A stretch of 64,000 bases of DNA, from the IMG/VR virus record IMGVR_UViG_3300015607_004160. One strand, written 5' to 3'. The translations under genes and the position numbers were made by a program. The stretch's first letter is position 1, and every line of letters starts with the position of its first letter. This stretch comes from a virus (taxonomy: Duplodnaviria > Caudoviricetes). The notes beneath the pieces are model-generated. The model worked only from the letters and a program-made list of their open reading frames with translations, made no database searches and had not been told where the DNA came from. Positions 8,776-18,622 of this stretch are shown here, piece by piece.

Positions 8776-11700
8776 TTAGCTAGCTATAAAGTTTATTTCT
8801 AATGGTCCATAAACATTTCCCCAAGTACAGGAGTCAAATGTTCCAGATACCACGCCATTCGATCCGTTACAAATCGGAGTTCCACTGATTAAACCACCAG
8901 TTATAGATAATTGTAACATATAAGCATCAGTAGCTGGTAAGTAAATACTAGATCCAGATGTTGATGTTGTAAATGCAACATTATTTAAAATCGTGTGTGT
9001 GCCTGATAAGTCAAATAGTATTAGTGTTATATTTAAAGGAGTATTACTTGTATTTATAAGTGTATATGTATTACTAATACTATAGGTTCCAGATAGAGTA
9101 CAATCTAATGGTCTAGCAAAATAGTGATATACATCAGACCAAGGAGAGCTAACAACACCACAAGATTTAAGTACCTTGAAGTACCAATCTTGAGTATTTG
9201 ATACAGCCAGCTCATAAGAAGATGTACATCCAATGCTGACATAGTTATATGTGATATCATCAGCACTATATCCAAGAGTTATACCACTACAAGATCCACA
9301 ATCAGCCAATCCTGAAATACTAACTATAACACCAACATTACTTGCGACACTATAGGTTGCACTACTTACAGTTAGTCCACAACATACAACTGTCGTGGTA
9401 GTTGTTGTCGTACTTGTCGTAGTAGTTGTTGTCGTGGTAGTCGTGGTAGTTGTAGTAGTAATACCAGTATCCTGGCATATTTCATCAATTGGTTGCCAAT
9501 CATATATTAATACACTTGGGACTGTTGTTGTACTTGTTGTTGTACTTGTTAATAAATTATATACCCTAATTGGCCCTATTTCATCCAATTCACCCACTCC
9601 TTCATCAATATCGAGTAGACTTCTTAACTCATAATTCTTTTTAGATGTATAAATTTGACCATATCCGTTATCACTTGTTACTTCAAATGTTATAAAAGGA
9701 TCAATATTTGTATCAACTGTAAAATGAAAAGAATGCGTGCCAGTTCTATATTCATTTATAGTTTGAACCGGGGTATAATCTAATTTTCTCCACTCAGTTA
9801 TATCAGTCCAATTTCCTAGTGAATTTAGAACATCTGTAAAAGGACTCTTAACTGAACTTGTTCCAGATAATAAAACCGATTGAGTTCCAATAAACTCGTA
9901 GAAATTTCTCTTATACTCAACAATCTGACCTTGTATATAATCAAAGTTTATATTCCATGATTCTGAATTTTGATATTTTCTTGGATCATTTATTCTATTT
10001 CCATCAATGACAGATTCATATATTTGTTGATAGTAAGAAACAATATCTCCATTTTGATATGTTTTAAATGGACGCCATTCTGGATATGTTTTGTATGTTC
10101 TTATTCTTAAGTCAAAATAATCAGGGACTTCATTAACAGAAAAATAATTTGTTATCGAATCAATTGCTTGATTATAAAAATCAACTACAACATTATAAAC
10201 TGTGCTTCCAGAATTAACTGGCATTAAATATGCTTCATTAACACTAAAATCAATTGGTGATAATGATTGTTTAACATTAAATATAGTGGCATCATAACTT
10301 TTATGAACAATTGAATTAGGTCCAACAAAGTCTGCTCTACCAGTAATATCTAATATCCTATGTGATAAAGGGATAACATTTCTTTGTAACCAATATTTTA
10401 AGCCTTGTAATTTAATTAATACTTCTGGTAATGAATATAATAATACATTATTACCATCTTTATCAGTTATATTGTAGGTTAGATTAAATAAATTTGTATC
10501 CTCATAGTTAGGATTTGGCATGGTGTGCTTAATAAAATCACTCTCATTCCAGCCAGCAACACTATTATCAAAAATGTCAGGAATTTCTACTTTATATAAT
10601 TTTCCTAAATCTTTAGAATATGGATTTATATTTCTATAATATTCATATAATTCTAAATCATTATATCCAAAATAATTAATTGCGTTTATTATAGCTTTAT
10701 AAGAACCAACATATGGAAATATGTCATCCTTAACCATTAACATTTCTTTTCGCTTTCTATTTAATAATCCCCAATCTACTCCTTGTTCATTTATATCATA
10801 TGTTTTAAATATAAATGCATCATCTGCTGTTATATTTTTACCAGCATTTGTTAATTCGGTTTTATAACGAATATCTTCTATTTCAGTTTCACCATTTACA
10901 TAGAATCTACCTATCTCTCTATCCATTACTTTAAACGTAGTAGTCATATAAGTTAGTTTTCCAGTAGTTGGATAATCAGAAACAGTAGTTGATTCATCTG
11001 TAAACACTCCACTTATAAACTTAACAATAATTTCTCTTAAGTATATTTCGGTAATTTTTACTCTGATTCCATTATTAAAAGAAATGTATTTATTCTTAGT
11101 ATTTGTATTATCTTTTACAAATATTATTATTTCCTGATCAACTTTTAATCCTCTTGAAATGTCATTAGAATCATACAAAAAATTTTCGGTTGAATTAGAA
11201 TCCAATGTAATTGTACCATAAGATGTTCCATAATTAGTTAACACTACAGAAAATGTTATATTATTAAGATTTGAAGAATCTGTTACAATAGAAAAGTTCA
11301 CATTTTCTCTTTTGTATAAAAGAAGTGTAGAAAATACAGTTCCTTCATCTTGTGAGTTAAATCCTAAGAATAACTCTAATGGCTCTGGAGTATATGATAT
11401 ATTTGTACTTGAATTGATATAATCAATATCCTCTACAATCTCACTAAAAATTGTTTGCTGATAAGCGGAAGAAGCTGTTTTACCTATATCTTTGTTGGAA
11501 TATTTATTAAGATTAATATTTTCTAACGGTTTTTCGCCTATATAAGCATACGCCCCTGTAGTAGGTAATTGTTTACCAGAAAAATCATACATAAACATCT
11601 CAGGAACATCGTCAGTTAACCATCTCCAAACATATTGAACTTGGCTTTCACCTATATAGTTTTCTCTTGGCCTTCTAATATAATCACGAGTTTTCAACCA

Positions 11701-14700
11701 TATTCCTCCTTTTGGAGAATAATCTTCTGAAAGTGTGCCATATTGTGAATCATATATACCATTGTAAGAAGGTGGATAAACAACTATAAAAATTGATAAC
11801 TCAACAAGTATTTCAACTATTTGATTAATAGAAGGCAATATACCCCATATAGATCTTCTTAATGGATTATATGTTAGTTTTGATGCAGAAGCTGGTAGTA
11901 TAATCGTATTCTTAACATTTCCACTCAGTGGATCTATTATGATAACCTCACTACTAGTTTGACTAGCCATATAAATCCTTTCATCATATTGATTCATTAT
12001 TAATTGTCCATATTCTAAACTACCTAAATTATAAATAAGTGAATTATCTAAACCAACAGATCCGAAATAGGAATCTCTTGATATTATAATTTCTTGATTA
12101 ATGTTATCATATAAAATGTCAGAAAATAATCCACTTGATATACTAACAATTGCAGTAACCGTATTATTGTTAATTTGATTTAAAGTTGATCCCATTACAT
12201 AAATAGAGCTGCCGACTGGCTCATATATCATTGTGTGTTGTAAACCTGTAATTGAATAACTTGTATATTCAGTCCTACTTGTTGCATTTATCCGCAATAC
12301 TGTATCATCTGATGTAGTTACATAAACATCATCTTCAAATTGATTATACGCCAATCTATATGTACCATATGTAGCACCAACAAAACTTGAAGTAAGTCCA
12401 TGTTTAACACCATAAATATCCAGAACTTCTAAATAAGTATATCCAGAATATGAGATATAGATATCACCATTTGTAGTATTTACAACTGCATCATATGGCG
12501 TATACGGAACAGAATAAGTATAAGTATTTATAATTAAGTTTGTACTTGGTTCTATTTTATATAGACGTGTGGTGGTTAATGCATACAAGTAATCATCTAC
12601 ATTGTTATAAACTAATTTTAAGCTCTGTGATAAACCAGGTAGTACTATTGTATCATAATAATCACCACTAAGACCATCATATATTTTTATAGCATCACCT
12701 AAGATGTATAAATATTCAGATGTATTAACATACACCAAATCAATCATATTGGTTGTTGAACCAATAAATGTACTTGTATAGGTACTGCTATCACCTCTAA
12801 TAATATCGAACGAATAATCAAATTCGGATTGATCATAAGCTCCCAGCTCTATACTTGAACTTCCTCCAGTTCCAGAAATTTGTATTATACTATAAGAAAA
12901 CCCACCACTAAATGAAACATTAGTAAACGGGGATGATATTAGAGATGGTGTTCCTCCCCAAAAAGGTCCCTGATAACTAAGTACTAATCTATCAGTTTCT
13001 ACTTCTAATAAGTTATATTCTTGATTATCAAATGGATAGATTGTATTATTAATTCCAGTTATCATCCCAGTGGCAAATCCTGTATCTCCAGCGGATGCTC
13101 CATTAACATCATAAAATGATTGTGTTGCTGACTGTGTTGTTGATAGTAATATTACAGCATTGGATGTTATTAATGCTCCTAAATTACCCTTTATTTTATT
13201 ATTTATTTTAACTGAACCATTGCCAGGCAGGCTAGACTTTCCAACAGTAATTGTATAGTCTAAAGTTTTATCTTGCTCTTTAACATTAAAATATAGTGTA
13301 TTATTTATAAAAGAAGTATAGATTCTATAATCATCCAATGTAGTAGAATAGGCATCTATCCAATTAGATAAAGTAGTCGGTATATCTGTACTAAATGTTA
13401 CACCATATTCCCTATTGTTTATAGTTAATGATAACGCATTTCCAATTTCATAAAAAACAACATTAGAATGCTGTATATAAAAATTTGCAGTTGTTCCTAC
13501 AAGAACATCAAATATAATTGGAACATTTGGATATACTGTTTTTAAAACAATAGAATCAAAATATATGTAAGGAAAATTTACTAAATAATCTAAGTTACAT
13601 TCTATACCTAACCTATGCAATGTTACAGCATGTTTCGATAGCCAAGCTCTTAATGTTTTATCGACTGTTCTTTCCATATCAACATTAAGTCCAGCATAGA
13701 CCCATTGAACTTCTTGTTGATAAACCATTCCATTTATATTAACTACAATTCCATATTCATCAATGTCAGTAAACACGATATTATAAGAATATCTTTCAGA
13801 TATATCTTTGTTAAGTTCTGTTTTAAGAGTTTCCTCAACTTCAATTGTTTTTTCATAAGTTTTGATTGTTGTTCCAATACTATATGTTGCACCGACTTTT
13901 GTATGATAGAAATTAACAGTTGCATATTCTGATGAGTAATTTAAATTAGCATATAATGCTTTATTATAATAATATAAATCAATATTTAAGAAGCTAAAGT
14001 CTTCTTTATATTTATCTCCAGCAAAAGCTAAGACAAGCTCATTGTTATTAGATGCACTTAATCCAGAAGCACTTACACCATAGTATAGCTTATTAGTTGT
14101 TAGGTATATTTCTCCATATAGTAACGTTTCTGCTGTTAATGTTTCATCGACTGGTAGGTAAGTTATATTACTTGTCCAATAACTAGCACTCCCAGGATTT
14201 ATACTTGAAGTGCCACTTTGTGTGTACGCTTGAACACATTGATATATTAAATTATCATACAATACTTGTGAGGCAGTTGCATAGTATGTTAGTTGTGTAT
14301 TACCTAAGAAAGTTGGTATAGTAGAAACATTTATAAAATTGGTATTATTTGTTGAATTTCCTATGACTAACTGTGTTCCAGATTTTAATATTCTTGGAAC
14401 ATCATTACCAAATTCTATTCTATCTGTTTGAACAGTTAAAGGGCCTTTATAAATTTCAGGCAAATCTGTTTTAAGAATTGCTTCTATTATTAAATCTGAA
14501 TTATTTGGTAGGTGAAGACTATCTACATAATATTGATAATGAACCTTATCTAATACATTACTATTCTTTACTGTAACAACACTATCATTTTTAGTAGTAT
14601 TAACAATATTTAACTTCCTACCATTATATATCATCGAATAAAATTTAGGCTCGGACCATAATGATAAATTATCATTTAATATAGAATTAACGTAACTACT

Positions 14701-15243
14701 TATTCCTATTGAGTTTAATCCACTTATTGTTTTATTCTCATAAGATGAAGTTAATCCAATACTCGTTTCATATAAAATATTAAATGATTGATTATCTAAT
14801 CCTGATATAACCATAATTGCACCTTTCTTTGATGAAACTACAGTATATGATTTTAATGGACTAGAAAATTCAAATATGGAAGAATTAAAAACTACTTCAG
14901 ATCCAATTGGATATTTAGACTCAAAATTGACACCATATATCCATTTTGAACGGAAGTTTGGATCATTGTTTACAGCCTCTATTCTTGAAATTGGTTGTAG
15001 TTGATAACTATTACCAGTGATATTGAACCCATACTCATTGAATAATTGAAATTTTTCTAATGATAATATGTTGGATTCGTATTCAAAAGAAGGTATCTTT
15101 TCAAATACATATAACCCGATTGTTTTAAAAGTATCTGAGCTATTCTCATGAAACATCAAATCACCATTATATGTTTGTGAAATATCGTCATATCTAAAGT
15201 TTAGATAATTTCCTTCCTTATCAAAAAACGCGAGAGACTGCAT
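8776..15243 (-). CDS. Large baseplate wedge-like structural protein with propeller-like region, CBM-like motifs and poly-Thr tract
   Basis: 2155 aa. YVGSYKAIINAINYFGY...WLQRNVIP resembles the gp7/P2 gpI wedge signature; YVTN-like repeats (LVYNNVDDYLY, LAYNQFEDDVYV); WRPFKTYQNGDIVSY resembles CBM5/12; long Thr run near the C-terminus. Confidence 0.6.
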   Translation of the reverse strand: MQSLAFFDKEGNYLNFRYDDISQTYNGDLMFHENSSDTFKTIGLYVFEKIPSFEYESNILSLEKFQLFNEYGFNITGNSYQLQPISRIEAVNNDPNFRSKWIYGVNFESKYPIGSEVVFNSSIFEFSSPLKSYTVVSSKKGAIMVISGLDNQSFNILYETSIGLTSSYENKTISGLNSIGISSYVNSILNDNLSLWSEPKFYSMIYNGRKLNIVNTTKNDSVVTVKNSNVLDKVHYQYYVDSLHLPNNSDLIIEAILKTDLPEIYKGPLTVQTDRIEFGNDVPRILKSGTQLVIGNSTNNTNFINVSTIPTFLGNTQLTYYATASQVLYDNLIYQCVQAYTQSGTSSINPGSASYWTSNITYLPVDETLTAETLLYGEIYLTTNKLYYGVSASGLSASNNNELVLAFAGDKYKEDFSFLNIDLYYYNKALYANLNYSSEYATVNFYHTKVGATYSIGTTIKTYEKTIEVEETLKTELNKDISERYSYNIVFTDIDEYGIVVNINGMVYQQEVQWVYAGLNVDMERTVDKTLRAWLSKHAVTLHRLGIECNLDYLVNFPYIYFDSIVLKTVYPNVPIIFDVLVGTTANFYIQHSNVVFYEIGNALSLTINNREYGVTFSTDIPTTLSNWIDAYSTTLDDYRIYTSFINNTLYFNVKEQDKTLDYTITVGKSSLPGNGSVKINNKIKGNLGALITSNAVILLSTTQSATQSFYDVNGASAGDTGFATGMITGINNTIYPFDNQEYNLLEVETDRLVLSYQGPFWGGTPSLISSPFTNVSFSGGFSYSIIQISGTGGSSSIELGAYDQSEFDYSFDIIRGDSSTYTSTFIGSTTNMIDLVYVNTSEYLYILGDAIKIYDGLSGDYYDTIVLPGLSQSLKLVYNNVDDYLYALTTTRLYKIEPSTNLIINTYTYSVPYTPYDAVVNTTNGDIYISYSGYTYLEVLDIYGVKHGLTSSFVGATYGTYRLAYNQFEDDVYVTTSDDTVLRINATSRTEYTSYSITGLQHTMIYEPVGSSIYVMGSTLNQINNNTVTAIVSISSGLFSDILYDNINQEIIISRDSYFGSVGLDNSLIYNLGSLEYGQLIMNQYDERIYMASQTSSEVIIIDPLSGNVKNTIILPASASKLTYNPLRRSIWGILPSINQIVEILVELSIFIVVYPPSYNGIYDSQYGTLSEDYSPKGGIWLKTRDYIRRPRENYIGESQVQYVWRWLTDDVPEMFMYDFSGKQLPTTGAYAYIGEKPLENINLNKYSNKDIGKTASSAYQQTIFSEIVEDIDYINSSTNISYTPEPLELFLGFNSQDEGTVFSTLLLYKRENVNFSIVTDSSNLNNITFSVVLTNYGTSYGTITLDSNSTENFLYDSNDISRGLKVDQEIIIFVKDNTNTKNKYISFNNGIRVKITEIYLREIIVKFISGVFTDESTTVSDYPTTGKLTYMTTTFKVMDREIGRFYVNGETEIEDIRYKTELTNAGKNITADDAFIFKTYDINEQGVDWGLLNRKRKEMLMVKDDIFPYVGSYKAIINAINYFGYNDLELYEYYRNINPYSKDLGKLYKVEIPDIFDNSVAGWNESDFIKHTMPNPNYEDTNLFNLTYNITDKDGNNVLLYSLPEVLIKLQGLKYWLQRNVIPLSHRILDITGRADFVGPNSIVHKSYDATIFNVKQSLSPIDFSVNEAYLMPVNSGSTVYNVVVDFYNQAIDSITNYFSVNEVPDYFDLRIRTYKTYPEWRPFKTYQNGDIVSYYQQIYESVIDGNRINDPRKYQNSESWNINFDYIQGQIVEYKRNFYEFIGTQSVLLSGTSSVKSPFTDVLNSLGNWTDITEWRKLDYTPVQTINEYRTGTHSFHFTVDTNIDPFITFEVTSDNGYGQIYTSKKNYELRSLLDIDEGVGELDEIGPIRVYNLLTSTTTSTTTVPSVLIYDWQPIDEICQDTGITTTTTTTTTTTTTTTSTTTTTTTVVCCGLTVSSATYSVASNVGVIVSISGLADCGSCSGITLGYSADDITYNYVSIGCTSSYELAVSNTQDWYFKVLKSCGVVSSPWSDVYHYFARPLDCTLSGTYSISNTYTLINTSNTPLNITLILFDLSGTHTILNNVAFTTSTSGSSIYLPATDAYMLQLSITGGLISGTPICNGSNGVVSGTFDSCTWGNVYGPLEINFIAS
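9391..9459 (-). repeat. Poly-threonine coding tract (~23 codons, mixed ACN codons)
   Basis: Encodes a T-run with one S inside the 2155-aa protein, using ACA/ACT/ACC/ACG codons. Confidence 0.9.
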
Positions 15244-15322
15244 TAATATTATTAAATATTTTAACTTATATATTAAGTTTGGTTACTTTACTTTGAGATT
15301 TATATTTTAATATATATGAATT

Positions 15323-15694
15323 ATGAAACATATTAAACATATCAATGAATTATTCGGCCTCAGAAAATTATTTAATAAGGATGAAGAGACTGCAGAAGGT
15401 ATACTTAATAGTATTGATCAAACTACTAAAATAGAATTTAGAGATGATTCTGATGATATTAGTGATATTAAAATTTACCGATTTAATATTGATGAATTTA
15501 ATATTAAAGTTAGTAGTGATTTAAATGAGTTTGTTTCAGAATACTCATTAGAAATAGATGGAATAAAAATGAATTGTAGCAAAAGTATAATCAAAAAGAT
15601 ACTTACAAAATGCTATGAGGTAATAAATAAGGACAATATAGAGCAAGAGGAATATATCAGAAAGGATGCTAAAATACATTTTAAAAATAGATAA
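15323..15694 (+). CDS. Hypothetical protein with N-terminal targeting-like motif
   Basis: MKHIKHINE; TAATATATA just upstream. Confidence 0.8.
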   Translation: MKHIKHINELFGLRKLFNKDEETAEGILNSIDQTTKIEFRDDSDDISDIKIYRFNIDEFNIKVSSDLNEFVSEYSLEIDGIKMNCSKSIIKKILTKCYEVINKDNIEQEEYIRKDAKIHFKNR

Positions 15695-15697
15695 ACT

Positions 15698-18055
15698 ATG
15701 AAACACATAAATAAATTTAAATTATTCAACGAAGCTTTCCTACAAGAGGATAAGAAAAAAGCTATAGATATTATTGTATCATATATAACCAAAAATTCTA
15801 ATGTAGATTTATATGAATACGAAGAAATATGGCATATACAAAAGAAAGACCTATTTTTAAGTGGTCAATTATTTGTTTCATTAAGATCTTCTAAAGCCAT
15901 AAGATTCAATTGGATAGAAAATGATATTAGATCAGAAATTCATAGCATAGATATGTGGACTAGCTTCAAATTTGACGAGAATCCAGAATACACCTTAGAA
16001 TTAGGCCAAAATTCAATAACTAAAATATTACCACAGATATTAAATTTTGTAAAAGATCCATCAATTTTAGTTAAGGAGGAATTAGATATAGAAGAAGGTG
16101 GATACGACCCAAGACAAGAATTAGAAGCAGCAGTTAAAAGATTGGGTAAATTAAGAAGCCCTAAATCAATAGCTTCTCAAGAAAGAAAAATAGAACAGTT
16201 AAAAGCAGCAATTGCTTATGATGAAAAAGCAGAAACAGATAGTGAAAAAATCAATCAACTAGATGATGATTTAAAAATTGATATATTCAAGTCTATTGAG
16301 CTATATACAATTCAAGTAGCAAGAGGAAAATCAAATTCACTAGTTATATCTGGTGATGCAGGTGTTGGTAAGTGTCACGGAAAAGGAACAAAAATATTAA
16401 TGTATGATGGATCAATTAAAAATGTTGAGGATATAGAAGTTGGTGAATTTTTAATGGGAAATGATTCTAAACCAAGAAAAGTATTATCACTTGGCCGTGG
16501 TAAAGATATAATTTATGAAATTAAATCAAAAGGATGGGATAGCTTCACTGTAAATTCGGAGCATATTCTAGTTTTAAGAAATAGAAAAAAATCATCAAAT
16601 AAACCATTTGAAATCTCAGTTAAAGACTTTTTACAAAAAAGTAAAACCTTTCAGGATCAATCACAACTTATTAGAACATCCGTTGAATTTAAAGAAAAAG
16701 AAATAAAGATGGATCCCTATTTAATGGGAATATGGTTAGGTGATGGGGCAAGAACATCACCACATGGAATAGAAACGGCTGATGCTGAGATAGTATCTTT
16801 TTTAGAAGAAAAGGCAAATGATTATAATCTATTACTTAAAAAACATACAAATAAAAAAAGTAAAAGTGATGGGTACTATTTTTCTTCGGGTAGTTTTGGA
16901 AAAGGATTAAAATTAGAAAGAAATGAATTTTTAAATGATTTAAAAGAATATAAACTATACAATTGCGTTGAGAAATTTATACCAAATGATTATTTAATAA
17001 ATTCTACAGATATTAGAAAGAAATTATTAGCTGGTCTAATAGATTCAGATGGATATCAATTTCATAAATCCTATTCAATATGTACAAAATGGGAAAAGTT
17101 AGCTAACCAAATTGTTTTTCTATCAAGATCTCTCGGATTTAAATCACACATATCTATAAAAACTATCAAAGGGAAAGAATATTATAATATTAATATATCT
17201 GGAGACCTATCAGACTTACCAATAAGGTTGGAAAGGAAGAAAAGTGAAAAAAGAAATCAAGTTAAAAATGTACTTAATTCCGGATTTATCATATCTGAAG
17301 TTGGTTATGATGATTACTATGGGTTTGAATTGGATGATAATCATCTATATTTACTTGGAGATTTTACAGTAACACACAACACTCAGACAGTTAAAGATAC
17401 ATTGTCATCATTAGGAATGCAAAAAGATACACACTATTACTTTGCGACAGGCACAGCAACAACTGCTGGATTATATGAATTGTTATTCAAAAATAGACAT
17501 AAATTAACAGTTTTTGATGACTGTGATGCGGTTTTTAAAGAAGCCGAATCGGTAAATATACTTAAAGGTGCATTAGATACATATAAAATTAGAGAAATAT
17601 CTAGTTTAACAAAGGGGAATAAATTTGATTCAGCTGGAATGGATGAGAAGGAAATTCAAGAAACATATGATGCTAGTGGTAAACTTCCGAATAAATTTGA
17701 ATTTACTGGTCAAATAATATTTATTTCAAATTTACCTGAATCTAAATTTGACGATGCTTTACTTTCAAGGGCATTACATGTTGATGTTCATTTAAGTAAA
17801 AAGGAATTATTTGCTAGAATGAGTGAGATTATGAGAAAATTATCCCCAGATGTTACAATGGAAAAAAAGCAAGAAGCTTTAGAATATCTAACATTTGTTA
17901 CGAATAACTATCCAACTAAATTTGATATGAATATTAGAACATTAATTCACTCTATTAATTTAAGAGCGAATAACGAAGAAACTATCAAAATTGGTGATAG
18001 AGAAGAAGCGGTTTGGAAGCTTTTGGTGAAAAAATACCTTGTACGATCTAGATAA
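15698..18055 (+). CDS. AAA-type P-loop ATPase with intein and N-terminal targeting-like motif
   Basis: Walker A GDAGVGK|T is split by an intein; Walker B LTVFDDCD; IIFISN sensor; ALLSR arginine finger; begins MKHINKFKLFNEA. Confidence 0.85.
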   Translation: MKHINKFKLFNEAFLQEDKKKAIDIIVSYITKNSNVDLYEYEEIWHIQKKDLFLSGQLFVSLRSSKAIRFNWIENDIRSEIHSIDMWTSFKFDENPEYTLELGQNSITKILPQILNFVKDPSILVKEELDIEEGGYDPRQELEAAVKRLGKLRSPKSIASQERKIEQLKAAIAYDEKAETDSEKINQLDDDLKIDIFKSIELYTIQVARGKSNSLVISGDAGVGKCHGKGTKILMYDGSIKNVEDIEVGEFLMGNDSKPRKVLSLGRGKDIIYEIKSKGWDSFTVNSEHILVLRNRKKSSNKPFEISVKDFLQKSKTFQDQSQLIRTSVEFKEKEIKMDPYLMGIWLGDGARTSPHGIETADAEIVSFLEEKANDYNLLLKKHTNKKSKSDGYYFSSGSFGKGLKLERNEFLNDLKEYKLYNCVEKFIPNDYLINSTDIRKKLLAGLIDSDGYQFHKSYSICTKWEKLANQIVFLSRSLGFKSHISIKTIKGKEYYNINISGDLSDLPIRLERKKSEKRNQVKNVLNSGFIISEVGYDDYYGFELDDNHLYLLGDFTVTHNTQTVKDTLSSLGMQKDTHYYFATGTATTAGLYELLFKNRHKLTVFDDCDAVFKEAESVNILKGALDTYKIREISSLTKGNKFDSAGMDEKEIQETYDASGKLPNKFEFTGQIIFISNLPESKFDDALLSRALHVDVHLSKKELFARMSEIMRKLSPDVTMEKKQEALEYLTFVTNNYPTKFDMNIRTLIHSINLRANNEETIKIGDREEAVWKLLVKKYLVRSR
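16373..17380 (+). mobile_element. Intein (336 aa) with LAGLIDADG homing endonuclease
   Basis: Starts CHGKGT, contains YLMGIWLGDG and LLAGLIDSDG, ends VTHN followed by Thr as the +1 nucleophile. Confidence 0.92.
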
Positions 18056-18071
18056 ATTAAATATATATCAT

Positions 18072-18185
18072 ATGACAAAAGTTTGTAAAAAGTGCAACAT
18101 AGAGAAGGATATAACTTATTTCTTTAATGATAAGTCAAAAAAAGGTAGTCAAGATCTAGTTGTTAAAATTATTAAATTAAAATGA
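18072..18185 (+). pseudogene. Relic of a zinc-finger-containing homing endonuclease N-terminus
   Basis: MTKVCKKCNIEKDITYFFNDKSKKG...stop after 37 aa; RSSC appears in a shifted frame. Confidence 0.5.
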
Positions 18186-18622
18186 ATTACATTAAAAAAT
18201 ATAAAACATTTGAAAGTATTAATGATCTATATCAAAAAATAAGTGTAGATGAATATAATGATATGTTTGATTTAGATGATTCAGATGATCAAGATGTATT
18301 TTCAAGATCTAAAAGTGTCTTTTTTAAAGATAAAGAGATAAAAGAGGTGCAAAATATTGTTCCCGAATCAATTAGAAATATCTTTAAAAGTGATGTTATA
18401 TTTCTAAAATATCTTGGGGTTCAAATATCTATTAATAAGTTTGATGATGAATGGTTTTTAGTAATGGTTACAAAATCACCAACCGATGAAGAGTTAAGAT
18501 CCACATTTTATAAAATAGATGATTATACATTTGAATACTACAAGTGTGACCAAATAGATGGGTTAATAAATCTATTAAAAAAATTAGTAGAAGGTTTACT
18601 ACCATGGGTGCCAAACAAATGA
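18182..18622 (+). CDS. Targeting-motif protein, YKCDQ family
   Basis: MNYIKKYKTFES...KFDDEWFLV...YYKCDQIDGL. Confidence 0.8.
   Translation: MNYIKKYKTFESINDLYQKISVDEYNDMFDLDDSDDQDVFSRSKSVFFKDKEIKEVQNIVPESIRNIFKSDVIFLKYLGVQISINKFDDEWFLVMVTKSPTDEELRSTFYKIDDYTFEYYKCDQIDGLINLLKKLVEGLLPWVPNK

Noticed and set aside
9395-9634. Poly-Val ORF on the plus strand
   Set aside because: Antisense shadow of the poly-Thr tract.
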